Virus record (IMG/VR): IMGVR_UViG_3300028840_005764
Location: 1-64,000 of that record
Reading direction: 5' to 3' (one strand)
DNA: 64,000 nt
DNA from: a virus
In this document: positions 1 through 10,400 of the stretch, one piece after another
Layout of the letters: every line of letters starts with the position of its first letter
Position numbering within the stretch: the stretch's first letter is position 1
Program-made: the position numbers and the translations under genes
The notes under the pieces: model-generated
The model's input: only the letters and a program-made list of their open reading frames with translations
Database searches by the model: none
What the model was told of the DNA's origin: nothing

Positions 1-996
1 CTTGCAAAGCTCGACGACTATATAAAACAACAAGATATAAAATTGCAGGCTAGACCTCCAGATAGTCAATTGCCCGACGCGGCGTTCGCGCTCGTGAAAA
101 GGGTAGACGGAAAGGTCACGAAGAGGAGTCTGCCTCATCACGGTCCGAACGTGAAGAGCGCCACGGAAAATGGTTCTGTGGACGTAGGTCGTCTTCGCAA
201 TGCTTTGGCCCAGATCAATCAGGTGAAGGGTTTTACAGCTGCGGAGATTGCCGCAGGAAAGAAGCACCTTTGTATGAGCATTGAGGTGCTTCTGAAGTCG
301 CATCAAAAGAAGAACAAAGCTGCAAGCGAAAACAAAGGAGCGAGCCAAATGGATCTCGAGCAAATGATTGCCGAACTCCAGAGCAAGCTCGACGCTCTGG
401 AAGACAAGGACTCCACGACTGCCAAGGAGTACTCGGATCAGATCGACAGTCTGACCCAGGTGCAGGCGGCCATGGAGCAGAAGATCGCCGACGCCACCAA
501 GCTGTCCGAGGACTCGGCAAAGGACACTGAGAAGAAGTTTGCCGAGCAGGAAGCCCAGATCAAGGCCCTGCAGGAGAGCAATGCCACGGCTATCGCCCGT
601 CTGGCGGAAGCCGATGAAGATCGTCGCCGCGCGAAGGTCGAGCTGTTCTGTGAACAGCTGGAGAAGGCCGACCACTTCCCGGCGACCATCGATGTCGTGA
701 AGAAGTACCTCTTCGCTGACACCGACGGCATGGTCCTCGCGCTGTCCGATGACGACGGCAAGGAAGAGAAGTACAACCTGATGCAGGTGTTCAAGGAGAT
801 CCTTGACTCGGTTCCGTCCGACAAGAGGGTGAATCTCACTGAGAGCATCAGCAACAAGGGTGACGATGAACCCGTGCCGCCAAAGAAGGAAGGCGTGGTG
901 AAGTTTGGGGACAAGGAGATCGACTACATGTCCTCAGACAACATTCGCGCAAGCCTGAAGAAAGCCGGCGTCAAAACACAGGAGGACGTTCACTAG
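1..996 (+). CDS. Prohead protease/scaffold-type protein, 5'-truncated, with C-terminal coiled-coil scaffold region
   Basis: Frame +1 is open from base 1 (LAKLDDYIKQQ...). An LPDAAFA...LPHH...LRNALAQINQ domain is followed by a long acidic coiled coil. Lies directly upstream of the decoration and capsid genes. Confidence 0.7.
   Translation, partial: LAKLDDYIKQQDIKLQARPPDSQLPDAAFALVKRVDGKVTKRSLPHHGPNVKSATENGSVDVGRLRNALAQINQVKGFTAAEIAAGKKHLCMSIEVLLKSHQKKNKAASENKGASQMDLEQMIAELQSKLDALEDKDSTTAKEYSDQIDSLTQVQAAMEQKIADATKLSEDSAKDTEKKFAEQEAQIKALQESNATAIARLAEADEDRRRAKVELFCEQLEKADHFPATIDVVKKYLFADTDGMVLALSDDDGKEEKYNLMQVFKEILDSVPSDKRVNLTESISNKGDDEPVPPKKEGVVKFGDKEIDYMSSDNIRASLKKAGVKTQEDVH
349..996 (+). CDS. 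Capsid scaffolding protein from an internal in-frame start
   Basis: AAAGGAG at 334-340, 8 nt before ATG 349 (MDLEQMIAEL). Codon usage becomes strongly GC3-rich from here. Analogous to lambda C/Nu3. Confidence 0.6.
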   Translation: MDLEQMIAELQSKLDALEDKDSTTAKEYSDQIDSLTQVQAAMEQKIADATKLSEDSAKDTEKKFAEQEAQIKALQESNATAIARLAEADEDRRRAKVELFCEQLEKADHFPATIDVVKKYLFADTDGMVLALSDDDGKEEKYNLMQVFKEILDSVPSDKRVNLTESISNKGDDEPVPPKKEGVVKFGDKEIDYMSSDNIRASLKKAGVKTQEDVH

Positions 997-1069
997 AAAG
1001 CTGAAGCGGTAGACTGAGAAGTTCTGCTGCAGAAGCTGAAGGAACGCTTTCAAGTTTCAGGAGGAAACG

Positions 1070-1480
1070 ATGACCCACACACCGGGTTATGGTGGATACC
1101 AGGGCACCGGCCTCACCGAGGAGATCCTTGCCTCGACCGTCGGGCTCAAGAAGATTTCCATCACGATCGACAGCACCGCAGTGGATTCCACCCACACGGG
1201 TTATACTACGACCCTGCGTCGTGGTCTGCTCATGTGGCCGGATCCGACTGTCGGTGACCGCTACACCGAGTTCGATGCTGCTGCCGCCACTGCTACCGCG
1301 TCAAATCAAGCTGTCGTTCTCGGCGAACAGGTCGAGATGGATGGTACGAACGACGCCGTGGCCATGGCGTACTTCGCCGCCTGTTTCAAAGCTGACAAGC
1401 TGTTCGACGATTCAGGCACTGGTCTTTCACACTGGGATCCGACCGAATGTCCGCGGCTCGAGATCCGAGACAACCTGTAA
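1070..1480 (+). CDS. Head decoration protein (lambda gpD-like position and size)
   Basis: 136 aa, strong SD AGGAGG, between scaffold and MCP, TLRRGLLM motif, GC3-rich. Confidence 0.75.
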   Translation: MTHTPGYGGYQGTGLTEEILASTVGLKKISITIDSTAVDSTHTGYTTTLRRGLLMWPDPTVGDRYTEFDAAAATATASNQAVVLGEQVEMDGTNDAVAMAYFAACFKADKLFDDSGTGLSHWDPTECPRLEIRDNL

Positions 1481-1495
1481 GAGAGGAGGTAGATT

Positions 1496-2755
1496 ATGGA
1501 TACCCTGTTGAGTCAACATCCTCTCATGCAGCCGGCGTACATCACGAAGGTGATCGATGAGATCATCCCAGATTCGTCGGAGTTCATGCTCACCAACGAG
1601 ATCCCGACCGAGACCCAGGAGACACACGTCATCATCGTGGACTCGGAGCAATCCATTGGTGGGATGACTCAGGCTGTCGCACGTGGCGCTGAGTCACCGC
1701 CAGTCGAGTACTACGGCCGCTACCAGATGACCTTCACGCCAGCGCACTTCCGCGAGAAGACCACGCTGAGTGAGGCGGACGTCGATGTGGTCCGTAGGAT
1801 CGGTACGGCCAGCGAGTTCGAGCGTGCACAGCAACGCATGGCTCGCATCATCAACGGCCTGCGGATGCGCGTGGAGACTCGTCTCGAGTGGCTGAAGTGG
1901 GAGATGATGAAGGGGACTGTCACCATCAACCAGCCCGACGTCCAGTTCACAGTGGACTACGGCATTCCTGCGGACTTCACCCCGACTCTGACAGCCGGTG
2001 ACCGCTGGAACCAGACCACTGCCGATCCGCTCGACGACATGATGGAGTGGTTGGATCTGTACCGTGACAACGGGATTGATCCTGACCATTTCGTCTTCAA
2101 CCAGGCGATCGAGCGTCTGCTCATGCGGTTCGATGGAATCAGAGAGATCCACGACACATTCTTCGTGTCTGGTGTCGAGGGTTCCAAGATCATGGGCACA
2201 GAGGTGCTCACACGCATCATCCACAGCTTCACTGGCATCCCGTACAAGAAGTACGACAAGGGCTACTACTTCAAGATGGTGCTCAAGTCGGAGGTCACGG
2301 CTGTCAGCACGAGCTTCGTGGTGAGTGAGAACCCCGGCGTTGTCAATGGCGACACCGTGACTCTTACCCACATGAATGGCCCGCGTGCTGGCCAGGTGAC
2401 CATCCCGCTGACCAGCGTCACCGGTACGTCCTTTGGCCACGCAGCGATCGGTGGTACCACCACCTATCCCGCTGGCTCCGAAGTCAGGATCAAGAAACGC
2501 TTCCTCGAGGATGACGAGTTCATCGTTCGTGGCCGGATTCCTCCGTCTGCGACTGGTGGCCCGAACTTCGCGGAGATGATCATGGTGCCGTCCGCGTACA
2601 ACGGCGGTCTCATGAACCCACAACCGGGTATCTTCTCGAAGACCGTGGTCGATGACGACGGTGATCCTCCGAAGGCCGAGCTGATCGCTGGCTTCAGTGG
2701 TTTGCCGGTGTTGTATCACCCAACCACCAACGTGGTCGCACACGTTCTCGGCTAG
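1496..2755 (+). CDS. Major capsid protein (lambda gpE-like, HK97 fold) with an inserted beta domain
   Basis: 419 aa, SD AGGAGG. Motifs VARGAESP, FTPAHFREK, RVETRLEW, VDYGIP, W...ADPLDD and DPPKAELIAGFSGLPVL are typical of Phage_cap_E proteins. Confidence 0.9.
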   Translation: MDTLLSQHPLMQPAYITKVIDEIIPDSSEFMLTNEIPTETQETHVIIVDSEQSIGGMTQAVARGAESPPVEYYGRYQMTFTPAHFREKTTLSEADVDVVRRIGTASEFERAQQRMARIINGLRMRVETRLEWLKWEMMKGTVTINQPDVQFTVDYGIPADFTPTLTAGDRWNQTTADPLDDMMEWLDLYRDNGIDPDHFVFNQAIERLLMRFDGIREIHDTFFVSGVEGSKIMGTEVLTRIIHSFTGIPYKKYDKGYYFKMVLKSEVTAVSTSFVVSENPGVVNGDTVTLTHMNGPRAGQVTIPLTSVTGTSFGHAAIGGTTTYPAGSEVRIKKRFLEDDEFIVRGRIPPSATGGPNFAEMIMVPSAYNGGLMNPQPGIFSKTVVDDDGDPPKAELIAGFSGLPVLYHPTTNVVAHVLG

Positions 2756-2775
2756 TCTGATGTAGTTCTCGTCTT

Positions 2776-2808
2776 GGTGGTGGTAGTTCTGGATGGGCTA
2801 CCACCACC
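2776..2808 (+). terminator. Stem-loop after the capsid gene (terminator or mRNA stabiliser)
   Basis: GGTGGTGGTAG(TTC)-TGGAT-(GGG)CTACCACCACC: 11 perfect bp plus 3 with G-U. Only TT follows, so the U-tract is weak. Confidence 0.6.
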
Positions 2809-2848
2809 TTGACCTGAACAATCATAAAACAAAGAAAGAGGTACAAAG

Positions 2849-3304
2849 ATGGCAAGAGAACTCAGTGACTTTTCAGTGGTCGTCAATCTCGACGGTTGGT
2901 TTGTCCGTGGAGCTCCGACCTACTACAAGGGTCAGGAATTCACTGGCGACGACATCACCGAACGAATGGTGGTGTGTCTTGAGTCCTGCGAGACATTCAG
3001 AGACCGCAAGAACGACATGAGGGAGACGCCAGTTCTGACTCTGCGTGGCGGCAAGCCTGAGGACCTTCGTGCTTCGTTTGTCGAGCGTGAGGCTCGTAAG
3101 GAAGTCGAGTCCAAGATCCAGAAAGAGGAGCTGGTGAAGAAGGCGGAGGCTGACGCCGAGGCCAAGGAGAAGATGAAGGCCAAAATCGAAGCCGAGATGA
3201 AGGCCAAGGCCGCGGTGGAGACAGAAGCTAAGCCCAAACCCAAGCCCAAAGCCAAGACCGAGGAAGCAGAGAAGCCGAAGCGCAAACCACGCAAGCCTTC
3301 GTGA
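2849..3304 (+). CDS. Hypothetical protein with K/E/A-rich C-terminal tail
   Basis: SD GAGG, GC3-rich codons, position right after MCP. Confidence 0.75.
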   Translation: MARELSDFSVVVNLDGWFVRGAPTYYKGQEFTGDDITERMVVCLESCETFRDRKNDMRETPVLTLRGGKPEDLRASFVEREARKEVESKIQKEELVKKAEADAEAKEKMKAKIEAEMKAKAAVETEAKPKPKPKAKTEEAEKPKRKPRKPS

Positions 3305-3345
3305 TTCGTCTTTCCCAACAAACATAAGATATAAAAGGATTGAAA

Positions 3346-3705
3346 ATGGGGCAGGACGAAATTCGCGCAGAAAAAGTAGTTGATAGCGAATACTACTATG
3401 AGGGCATTCCCGATGAAGATCGGGAAGAGGCAGTCAAAAGGTTCTTCAGGACGAAGGACAAAAAAATCGCAGCCTTCCTCAAAGCACGTGGCTTCCCATA
3501 CAGAGGTATGGAGAAGATCGTTATCACCAACGCCCACGGCAAACGCAAAACGGTCATTGCCTTCTGTTTCGAACCACCCGAGGTAATACGACGTACAGTT
3601 CTTGACTTTTGGAATAGAGATGATTCGGAGTATCATAATGTAAACGCCAAGTTGTTGTTGGCTGAGGTACAGAACATCAATTCCCTCATTGCCAACTTCT
3701 ACTGA
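3346..3705 (+). CDS. Small DUF5659-like protein, possibly DNA-binding
   Basis: FRTKDKKIAAFLKARGF...VIAFCFE resembles the DUF5659 pattern. SD AAGGA before ATG 3346. Confidence 0.55.
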   Translation: MGQDEIRAEKVVDSEYYYEGIPDEDREEAVKRFFRTKDKKIAAFLKARGFPYRGMEKIVITNAHGKRKTVIAFCFEPPEVIRRTVLDFWNRDDSEYHNVNAKLLLAEVQNINSLIANFY

Positions 3706-3718
3706 AAGGAGAGCGACA

Positions 3719-4018
3719 ATGTCTATTGATCAATTGCTGGTGTATCAGCACATGGTGGCCATTGTCGCTTTCATGGCGATTCTCGAAGTCCTGAAGGGTA
3801 CCTTGAAAATGGTCAAGGTGCTAGATAAGAAAATTACACAAGTAGTATTGCCGTATTTGCCGTTGGTTTTTGGTGCGGTAACGGCATTTGTTCCAGGAGT
3901 GATTCAGGCCAAAGAGTTGGGTCTGAAGATCTTCATTGGTGTCGCCCTCGGCGGTTTGAGTGGACAGGTATGGAAGATCGTAAAGACGAAAGTGGATCTG
4001 TTGAAGGGCAAACTCTAA
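3719..4018 (+). CDS. Putative holin
   Basis: 99 aa with 2-3 hydrophobic helices, LPYLPLVFGA and GVALGGLSG motifs, basic C-terminus, SD AAAGGAG. Confidence 0.65.
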   Translation: MSIDQLLVYQHMVAIVAFMAILEVLKGTLKMVKVLDKKITQVVLPYLPLVFGAVTAFVPGVIQAKELGLKIFIGVALGGLSGQVWKIVKTKVDLLKGKL

Positions 4019-4020
4019 CA

Positions 4021-4377
4021 ATGTCTTTCACCTTGGTCGTCAGTTGGTTCAAGAAGAATTTGGTGAAGATTCTTCTAGTCATACTGATGGTTTTGGTGTT
4101 GATATTGGTAGCCGCCGGTTGGTGGCTGAAGATTCGTGGTTTCAAGGTCGCGGATCTTCTTTCTCGTCTTCAGATGGCTGACGCTAAGAACGAGGTCAAT
4201 CACCTGGAGACGAGAAAAGCTCTTCTTAAGCAGAAGGGTAATTATCTTGAAGAAGATATGGCAGAAATTGAAAGAAAAATAAAATCAAATAAGAAGAAGA
4301 CAGAAAAAGCAAAACTCAAAATCCAAGGACTTGGAAATGAAGAGATTGCTCGTCGGCTTAGTGATTTGGGCTTTTAG
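4021..4377 (+). CDS. Inner-membrane spanin-like protein (N-terminal TM + coiled coil)
   Basis: ILLVILMVLVLILVAAGWW helix followed by a coiled coil. Follows the holin-like gene. Confidence 0.55.
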   Translation: MSFTLVVSWFKKNLVKILLVILMVLVLILVAAGWWLKIRGFKVADLLSRLQMADAKNEVNHLETRKALLKQKGNYLEEDMAEIERKIKSNKKKTEKAKLKIQGLGNEEIARRLSDLGF

Positions 4378-4753
4378 TTCTACAGCTCTGGCCGCCGAGC
4401 CGATTGTACATAATGGTCAGGAAGGTGTGTTCTTCACTACAGAACAGGCCAAAAAACTTCTTGAAAAAGTCGAAGTAGAACTACCAGCCCTTCAAGCGGA
4501 AAACGCTCTCCTCAAAAAAGAAGTCGCAATTAGTAAAGCTCTTCAATCAGTTCTTGATGAGAGATTGAAAGCTGAATCAGAAATATCTAATAAATGGCAG
4601 GAGAATTATAAAGCTAGTCTTAAAGAGTTATCTAAATATCGTTCAAGAAATGACATCAAATTTTATATCTACGCTGGAATATTCATTACTGGTACAATCA
4701 CCGGAGGACTCATTATGTATGGATCTTCCTTACTGGTAAGAAACATCAGATAG
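4337..4753 (+). CDS. Secreted coiled-coil protein with C-terminal TM, possible second spanin component
   Basis: Sec-type signal MKRLLVGLVIWAFSSTALA, coiled coil, C-terminal hydrophobic helix. Overlaps the previous gene by 41 nt. Confidence 0.55.
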   Translation: MKRLLVGLVIWAFSSTALAAEPIVHNGQEGVFFTTEQAKKLLEKVEVELPALQAENALLKKEVAISKALQSVLDERLKAESEISNKWQENYKASLKELSKYRSRNDIKFYIYAGIFITGTITGGLIMYGSSLLVRNIR

Positions 4754-4762
4754 AGGAAAATC

Positions 4763-5158
4763 ATGTCATCAAATGCAGTTATCGAAGGTCAGTATGATAA
4801 TCTTCTTGAGTCAGCAGCGCTGTCATCAAGCCCAGCCACAGAGCCATTTTATGTGGGTGGTTTCCGTACAGCCAATGTCGCAGTGTCATTGACACATGAT
4901 GCTGCGACTGAAGTGTCCATGGAATGCTTTGTGGCATTCCCATCTGATGACAATTTTTGGTTCAAATTACAGAATGTGAGTACGGCTGGCGATCCTTTGT
5001 ATACGAGTGAGGATGCTGTTTGGACAAAAGTCGTGGGCGGTGATGCTGCTTGGATTTGGAGAATCCCAACAGACTGTACACGCATGAAACTGGCCTTTTC
5101 GGCCACAGCCCCCGGAACAGATACCATTGACGTGTCAGTTCGGGTCGATGCTGGCTAA
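4763..5158 (+). CDS. Small beta-sandwich virion protein
   Basis: SD GAGG, beta-rich, paralogous to the N-terminal domain of the next gene. Confidence 0.65.
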   Translation: MSSNAVIEGQYDNLLESAALSSSPATEPFYVGGFRTANVAVSLTHDAATEVSMECFVAFPSDDNFWFKLQNVSTAGDPLYTSEDAVWTKVVGGDAAWIWRIPTDCTRMKLAFSATAPGTDTIDVSVRVDAG

Positions 5159-5170
5159 GGAGTATCAACA

Positions 5171-7129
5171 ATGGCTTTCGGTCCAATACGACAAAAGGAT
5201 TTTGGTACTGTTCTTGATACTACTTTGGCTGCAGCTCCTGTTGTAACCAGTGAAGTCGAATCTGGTGGGTTTAGTGATTTTGTTTTTGGTATCGATGTAA
5301 GCAGTTATTCAGCTATTACTTCACTTTCAATGACAATTGAAACCTCTCTTGATGGCATTACGTGGTATGACATGGTAAATGCATCAGGTGAGGTAGTCGA
5401 ATGGACAAAGACTATTGCCGGCAATGAGAGCTGGGTATGGTTGGTATCTGCTGCCGCAGCACAGTTACGTGCCACATTCACTCCGGTTGGTGACGCCGGT
5501 GAGACGCTCACGGTTGGGCTATTTGCAGATGCCGCGAAGAACATTGAAATAGGCAATGCAGCAGCTGGAGGCGGCGGTGGCGCTGGAGGCGGTGGTTGGA
5601 TCATCATCAGCGACGTCGCGCCACAAGGAGCAGGTGTTGTCGATAATAAAGTATATCAGGATACTGGGAATACAGTTTTACAATCTTGCGATTCTTATAC
5701 TGTTGATATTGAAGTTTCTATCAAAAGTTCTTATCCAAAGGTAAGAGTTAGTGGCTCAGATTATGAGCTATCTTTGGTTGGTGATTTGTACTCAGGAACC
5801 GTTAATGTGACAATTCCTGCGTCTACAACTGATCTTGAAGTACAAGTAATTACACCAGACGAATCGGTAGGACCGACTGATACCGTACGCGTAGCGTATG
5901 AAGCACCGCCTGAGATTTTGACGTTGTCCTTTACCGGCGGTTATCCTGGCTCGCAGACAGAGCTCAAGGCGGGTGACACATTCCAGATCACAGGTACTAC
6001 CGACAAGGACGCGACAGGCGTGCGTATCTTGGACCTTGATGCATGTCAGTTATCAGAACCTACGTTTGCCGCGAGCACAGTATTCACGGTGACCGGTACC
6101 ATTGCTGATCGTGGTGACGTGGCGCAGTTGTTGCCAGCGCACGTGCAGGCTAAGAATGCTGCTGGAGCTTATGGCTCTTCTCGTGCGACGAATGCTGGTG
6201 GCGGTAGTGTCGACGGAACTGATGTAGTCAATTGCAACGATCTTTATCCTTCAGTGTCGATTGGTGCTATCACATATCCCCCAACACAGGGAGCACTTAA
6301 AGGTTCTGAGACTGCAACAATTGTGAATACAGTGTCTGATTATACTGCTGTTGTTTACGATTCGCCAACAGCAGAACTTTCAATTACGAACCCCACTACA
6401 CTTGAGAATCCAAAGACAGTGCAGCGTATTGCTGGAACGTATAACGACTCCACTAACAATTTTCGTATCACTGCAAATCGTGCGGCCAATGACGCGACGA
6501 CAGTTGACCAAGAAGTGGTTGAGATCGCAAACGTTGCTCCTACGATTGATGTTTCTACGCCAGCAGCTAGGTTGCGTAGTGGCGGAAACGATGGAACATC
6601 GATTCAAAACCACACCATCACCATTGACAGTGACCAGCAATTGGATGCAGCACCAACCCTCAACGAAGATACAGGTGGTGGCACATTCACAGGTTCTTGG
6701 TCTGGTGGACCGTTGCAGTATACCAGGACGCTCCAAGTCCATGACGACGACGTGAAGGGTGCCTACACCTGGCAGGGGTTGGTTGCAACGAACAAGGCGG
6801 GGCTGGTGCAGAACACCATCAACACCGGGTCCAGCTATACACTTGGCGGGTTTGTGGCCAGGACCGTTACGTTCCCAGCGTTCAGCCAGACTGTCAATAT
6901 CAATGTTGAGGTTATCACTTACACCAAGTTGCAGGCTGGTATCTTCACTTCTACGAATCAACCAGCAGTACGACACACACCACAGGGCGATCACAGTGAT
7001 GCCACTGATGAATACACGGTGGATTCTTTGGCTACAAATCCAACTGCTGTTTGGTGGAATGATGTAGCTGCAGCCGCAGCTAATAGTTCTGGAACAGCAC
7101 AACTCACAGACATAGAGGAGACAGTCTGA
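5171..7129 (+). CDS. Virion structural protein with multiple Ig-like/beta domains
   Basis: 652 aa, T/S/G/D-rich, poly-Gly linker after the N-terminal domain, SD AAGGAG. Confidence 0.7.
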   Translation: MAFGPIRQKDFGTVLDTTLAAAPVVTSEVESGGFSDFVFGIDVSSYSAITSLSMTIETSLDGITWYDMVNASGEVVEWTKTIAGNESWVWLVSAAAAQLRATFTPVGDAGETLTVGLFADAAKNIEIGNAAAGGGGGAGGGGWIIISDVAPQGAGVVDNKVYQDTGNTVLQSCDSYTVDIEVSIKSSYPKVRVSGSDYELSLVGDLYSGTVNVTIPASTTDLEVQVITPDESVGPTDTVRVAYEAPPEILTLSFTGGYPGSQTELKAGDTFQITGTTDKDATGVRILDLDACQLSEPTFAASTVFTVTGTIADRGDVAQLLPAHVQAKNAAGAYGSSRATNAGGGSVDGTDVVNCNDLYPSVSIGAITYPPTQGALKGSETATIVNTVSDYTAVVYDSPTAELSITNPTTLENPKTVQRIAGTYNDSTNNFRITANRAANDATTVDQEVVEIANVAPTIDVSTPAARLRSGGNDGTSIQNHTITIDSDQQLDAAPTLNEDTGGGTFTGSWSGGPLQYTRTLQVHDDDVKGAYTWQGLVATNKAGLVQNTINTGSSYTLGGFVARTVTFPAFSQTVNINVEVITYTKLQAGIFTSTNQPAVRHTPQGDHSDATDEYTVDSLATNPTAVWWNDVAAAAANSSGTAQLTDIEETV

Positions 7130-7371
7130 TGATTAAGTCAGAAGCTCTTGGTGTTATCAACGCATTGAAGCTCGTTGACAGCAGCTTCGCAAGACAAGTT
7201 GAGCGAATGTTCTTTGGCCATTCTCGTTCTCGGATGTGGCCGTATCTTGAGCCCGCGGATAGAGTGGATGGAGGTAGCCGACAGATTTTGGAGACCATTG
7301 TTTCCAAACTCACTGCTGAAGGTTACACCGACCACGCTTCCACTATTAACACCGCATATGGGCTTGAATAA
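7129..7371 (+). CDS. Hypothetical protein
   Basis: TGATG stop/start overlap with the upstream gene and an SD (GAGGAG). Confidence 0.65.
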   Translation: MIKSEALGVINALKLVDSSFARQVERMFFGHSRSRMWPYLEPADRVDGGSRQILETIVSKLTAEGYTDHASTINTAYGLE

Positions 7372-7418
7372 ATTTGCAATATCTTTTGTAGAGAAAATCT
7401 GATTTCAAGAGGTTTGTC

Positions 7419-10400
7419 ATGACCGCCTTTGAGGATTTCGTCAACACCGAGCTTCCACGGCGCCCGGCGCAATTGAACCAGACCATCACTGGCTATGATG
7501 GCGATCCAAATGACGGTGGCGCGCCCGCGATCCTTCAAGGTGCTCCAGCTGGTACCAACTTCCTCCAGGCCACAGGTAATGTGTATTGGCGGAAGCGCAC
7601 AACGGTTGCCGACTCGTGGGAACAAAATGATTCTATCGGCCCTTGGGCAGAAGTGGTTGGTGACGATCTTTATGTTGGTGGTGTAGGGGCTGATGACTCT
7701 AACCCCGGAACACAAGCCAAACCATTCGAGACTATGGCTGCCGCCATTGCAGAAGCAGCCGTCATTCAGGCTGCTGCTCCTACTCAACCTGTTATCATTC
7801 ATGTAGCTACAGGCACATATGCTGAGAATATAGTAATTGAAAATTCAGATTTGAGAAATCTTACAATTGTTGGTGCTGTTGAGGACCCGAGAGCAGTTTC
7901 ATCTGTTACATTCCAATCTCTTCAATCAACGGTCAACAATGAAGAGCTTCGTACTCTGCGAATCATCGGCATTAGATTCAATTCACCAAGTGAATTGTCT
8001 TGTCCTACAACAGGGTCGTCGAACAATTTTCTATATAGCTTGGGTCTTTTATTCAATTGTTACTTCAGGAGTGGTGGATTAACTGTCCAATCTGCCAATT
8101 TTCTGTGGACGTACGCCTCGACTTTTCAGGGATTGACTCTCAGGAATGTTTATAGTGTTGTTATGCAAGAAGGTGGATGGATTTACGTTCCGACATATGA
8201 TTTCATTATTGATGCCGATGATACTGAAGCTGTTCCAAATTTAATGGATTCAGTTAATCAGATGCAAATTGAGATGAGGCGTGGGGTTAGAGTTCTTAAC
8301 CCAAAATCTATTAGCATAACTAAGACATCATGGAGTGGCGCTCTTAATGTTTATGTTTTTGATGGATGCCAATTTACGTCTAACGGCACATTCACACTTG
8401 GCGCTGGCGCCTTACTTAGTTTAGTCCGTGCATGGGGTTCGACAGGAGATACTGCGACTATCAATGGACAATTTTATATAACCCAGTCTGGTTTTGAACC
8501 GTATGGTATGGCGGTAAGTTCTGGTGGTGAACTTGGTCTTACCGGTTTTGATGCCTATGTCTATGCGTGGGGTGCTGTTTCCACGATCGCTTCGGGCGCT
8601 ACACTCTATTTGTGGGGTGGTGTGCTTTGGAATCCATGGGACTATTGGACTATTGATGCGGGCGCGAATGTCTACTTTGATCCGGCAGAAGCCAGAGAAG
8701 ATGTTGAAAATCTTGTTCACGTGAGCCCAAAATATGGGCATGACAAATATAATGGAAGCCAAAGATACCCAGTGGCTACGATTGCCGCTGCCATAGCGAA
8801 AGTTGTTGCAATCCAAACAGCAGATTCGACGAAAATGGTTCGTGTTGTTGTTGGCATCGGCACTTATGCTGAACCACTAACACTTGAAAATGTGAATCTG
8901 CATCAATTAGAGGTCGAAGCCGAACTGGATGACACAAACTCACTTGGTGTTATCATTCAGAGAATCACGTCGGCGCAAGACAACGAGAATCTCGAATATC
9001 TCCAGATAAGCAATATCAAGTTTACCGCGGCATCAACGATTTCTTGTGATGTAGACGGGGCGAATAACCACTTGGGGGACACCGGTCTCAACTTCAAGAA
9101 CTGTCGGTTTGCGGGCGTAACGACTCTGGAAGCATGCTATATTGCTTGGTTCAAGGATTGTTACTTCCCACAGAATATCTCCATCACTAACTGTGGTCGT
9201 GTTGACTTTGATGCGTGTAGTCAAGTTCAACCCGGTAAGAAGTTGATTGGAATCATCGACGCTCTTGCTAACAAGAACAACAATTGGTATGGATATCAGG
9301 TCATTTACCCATATGGTGAATCCGTCCTTTCTGCTCCTGACATGTCAGTGATCAACGGAGACACAGGCTGGATAGGTGTCGGTATTTGGACTGGTTCCTC
9401 TATAGGTGCCACAACAGAAGTTGGAACCTTTGGTGACCAGACCTGGGTTGACTTATACGTCGGTGCCTATCTCTATGGTAGTGCTGGTAGTTCGTTCTCA
9501 TCTGGAAGCTGGGTTGACTTTTACGGTGGAATCCTGTCGTCGGACTACACCATCGACCCCGCTGCCACAATAGCCATCGACGAAGGCCCTACAGGTCCTG
9601 CAGCGCAGCGAGACGATATCATCTACGTGGACGGCAATCTTGGGCATGCCGGTTACAATGGCTCTGAAAAGTATCCGTATAAAACCATTGGCGACGCCAT
9701 TACTCGGGCCATCGCCATTCAGACAGCCGATCCTACACAGCATACTCAGATCTTAGTTAGTAGTGGTGCATATGCTGAAAATTTGGTTTTGGAAAATACC
9801 AATCTTGTGAGTTTGGAATTACAAGCAATATCTGAAGGCTCTGGAACTGAGTCTCGTAGAGTCGAGATGTTGAACCTCACCTCCACTCAAGACAATGAAA
9901 ATTTGGAATTTCTTAAGATAGCGGGTTTTGAGTTTACTGGTGACGTGAATCTTTCTTCTGACGTTGCTGGAAGTGATTTCGGAAGCGAAGAGATAGTTTT
10001 CGATAACTGTTTATTTTCTAAAGCAACTGGCACATTTACTTTGTATTCTGTTAATGTAATAAGATTTACGAATGGATGTTATGTTAATCAACCAGCCTTT
10101 AATTTTACAAATTGTTGGAATATTATTTTTGAATTTCGATCACTTATGAGAGGTACTGGTTCGATTGTTGGTGTCGCTGATGAAAGTAGTTTGAAACCAT
10201 CTGGATGGACTGATATTACTTGTGGCATAGTTTGTTCTACAGGAAGCGCTCTACCTTCAATTAATCTAGATACTCAGAATGGTTCTACAGTTTGGATAGG
10301 TGGTTTTTGCTACGGTGGAAGAATAGGCAACCAAGGAGGCGCCACTGACAGTTATTTTGGGGCTTATGGTTGGCTAGCAGTAGAAGAAGGTGGTCAGTTC

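Noticed and set aside
1694-2743. 349-aa antisense ORF over the capsid gene (also 438..914, 23137..23655, 34972..35904 and others)
   Set aside because: Antisense shadows expected from biased codon usage. They have no SD or recognisable motifs, and all credible genes are on the + strand.
32-3336. AAGATATAAAA at 32-42 and 3326-3336 as a possible late promoter
   Set aside because: Only two AT-rich copies were noticed, one inside a CDS. Insufficient without a genome-wide motif test.
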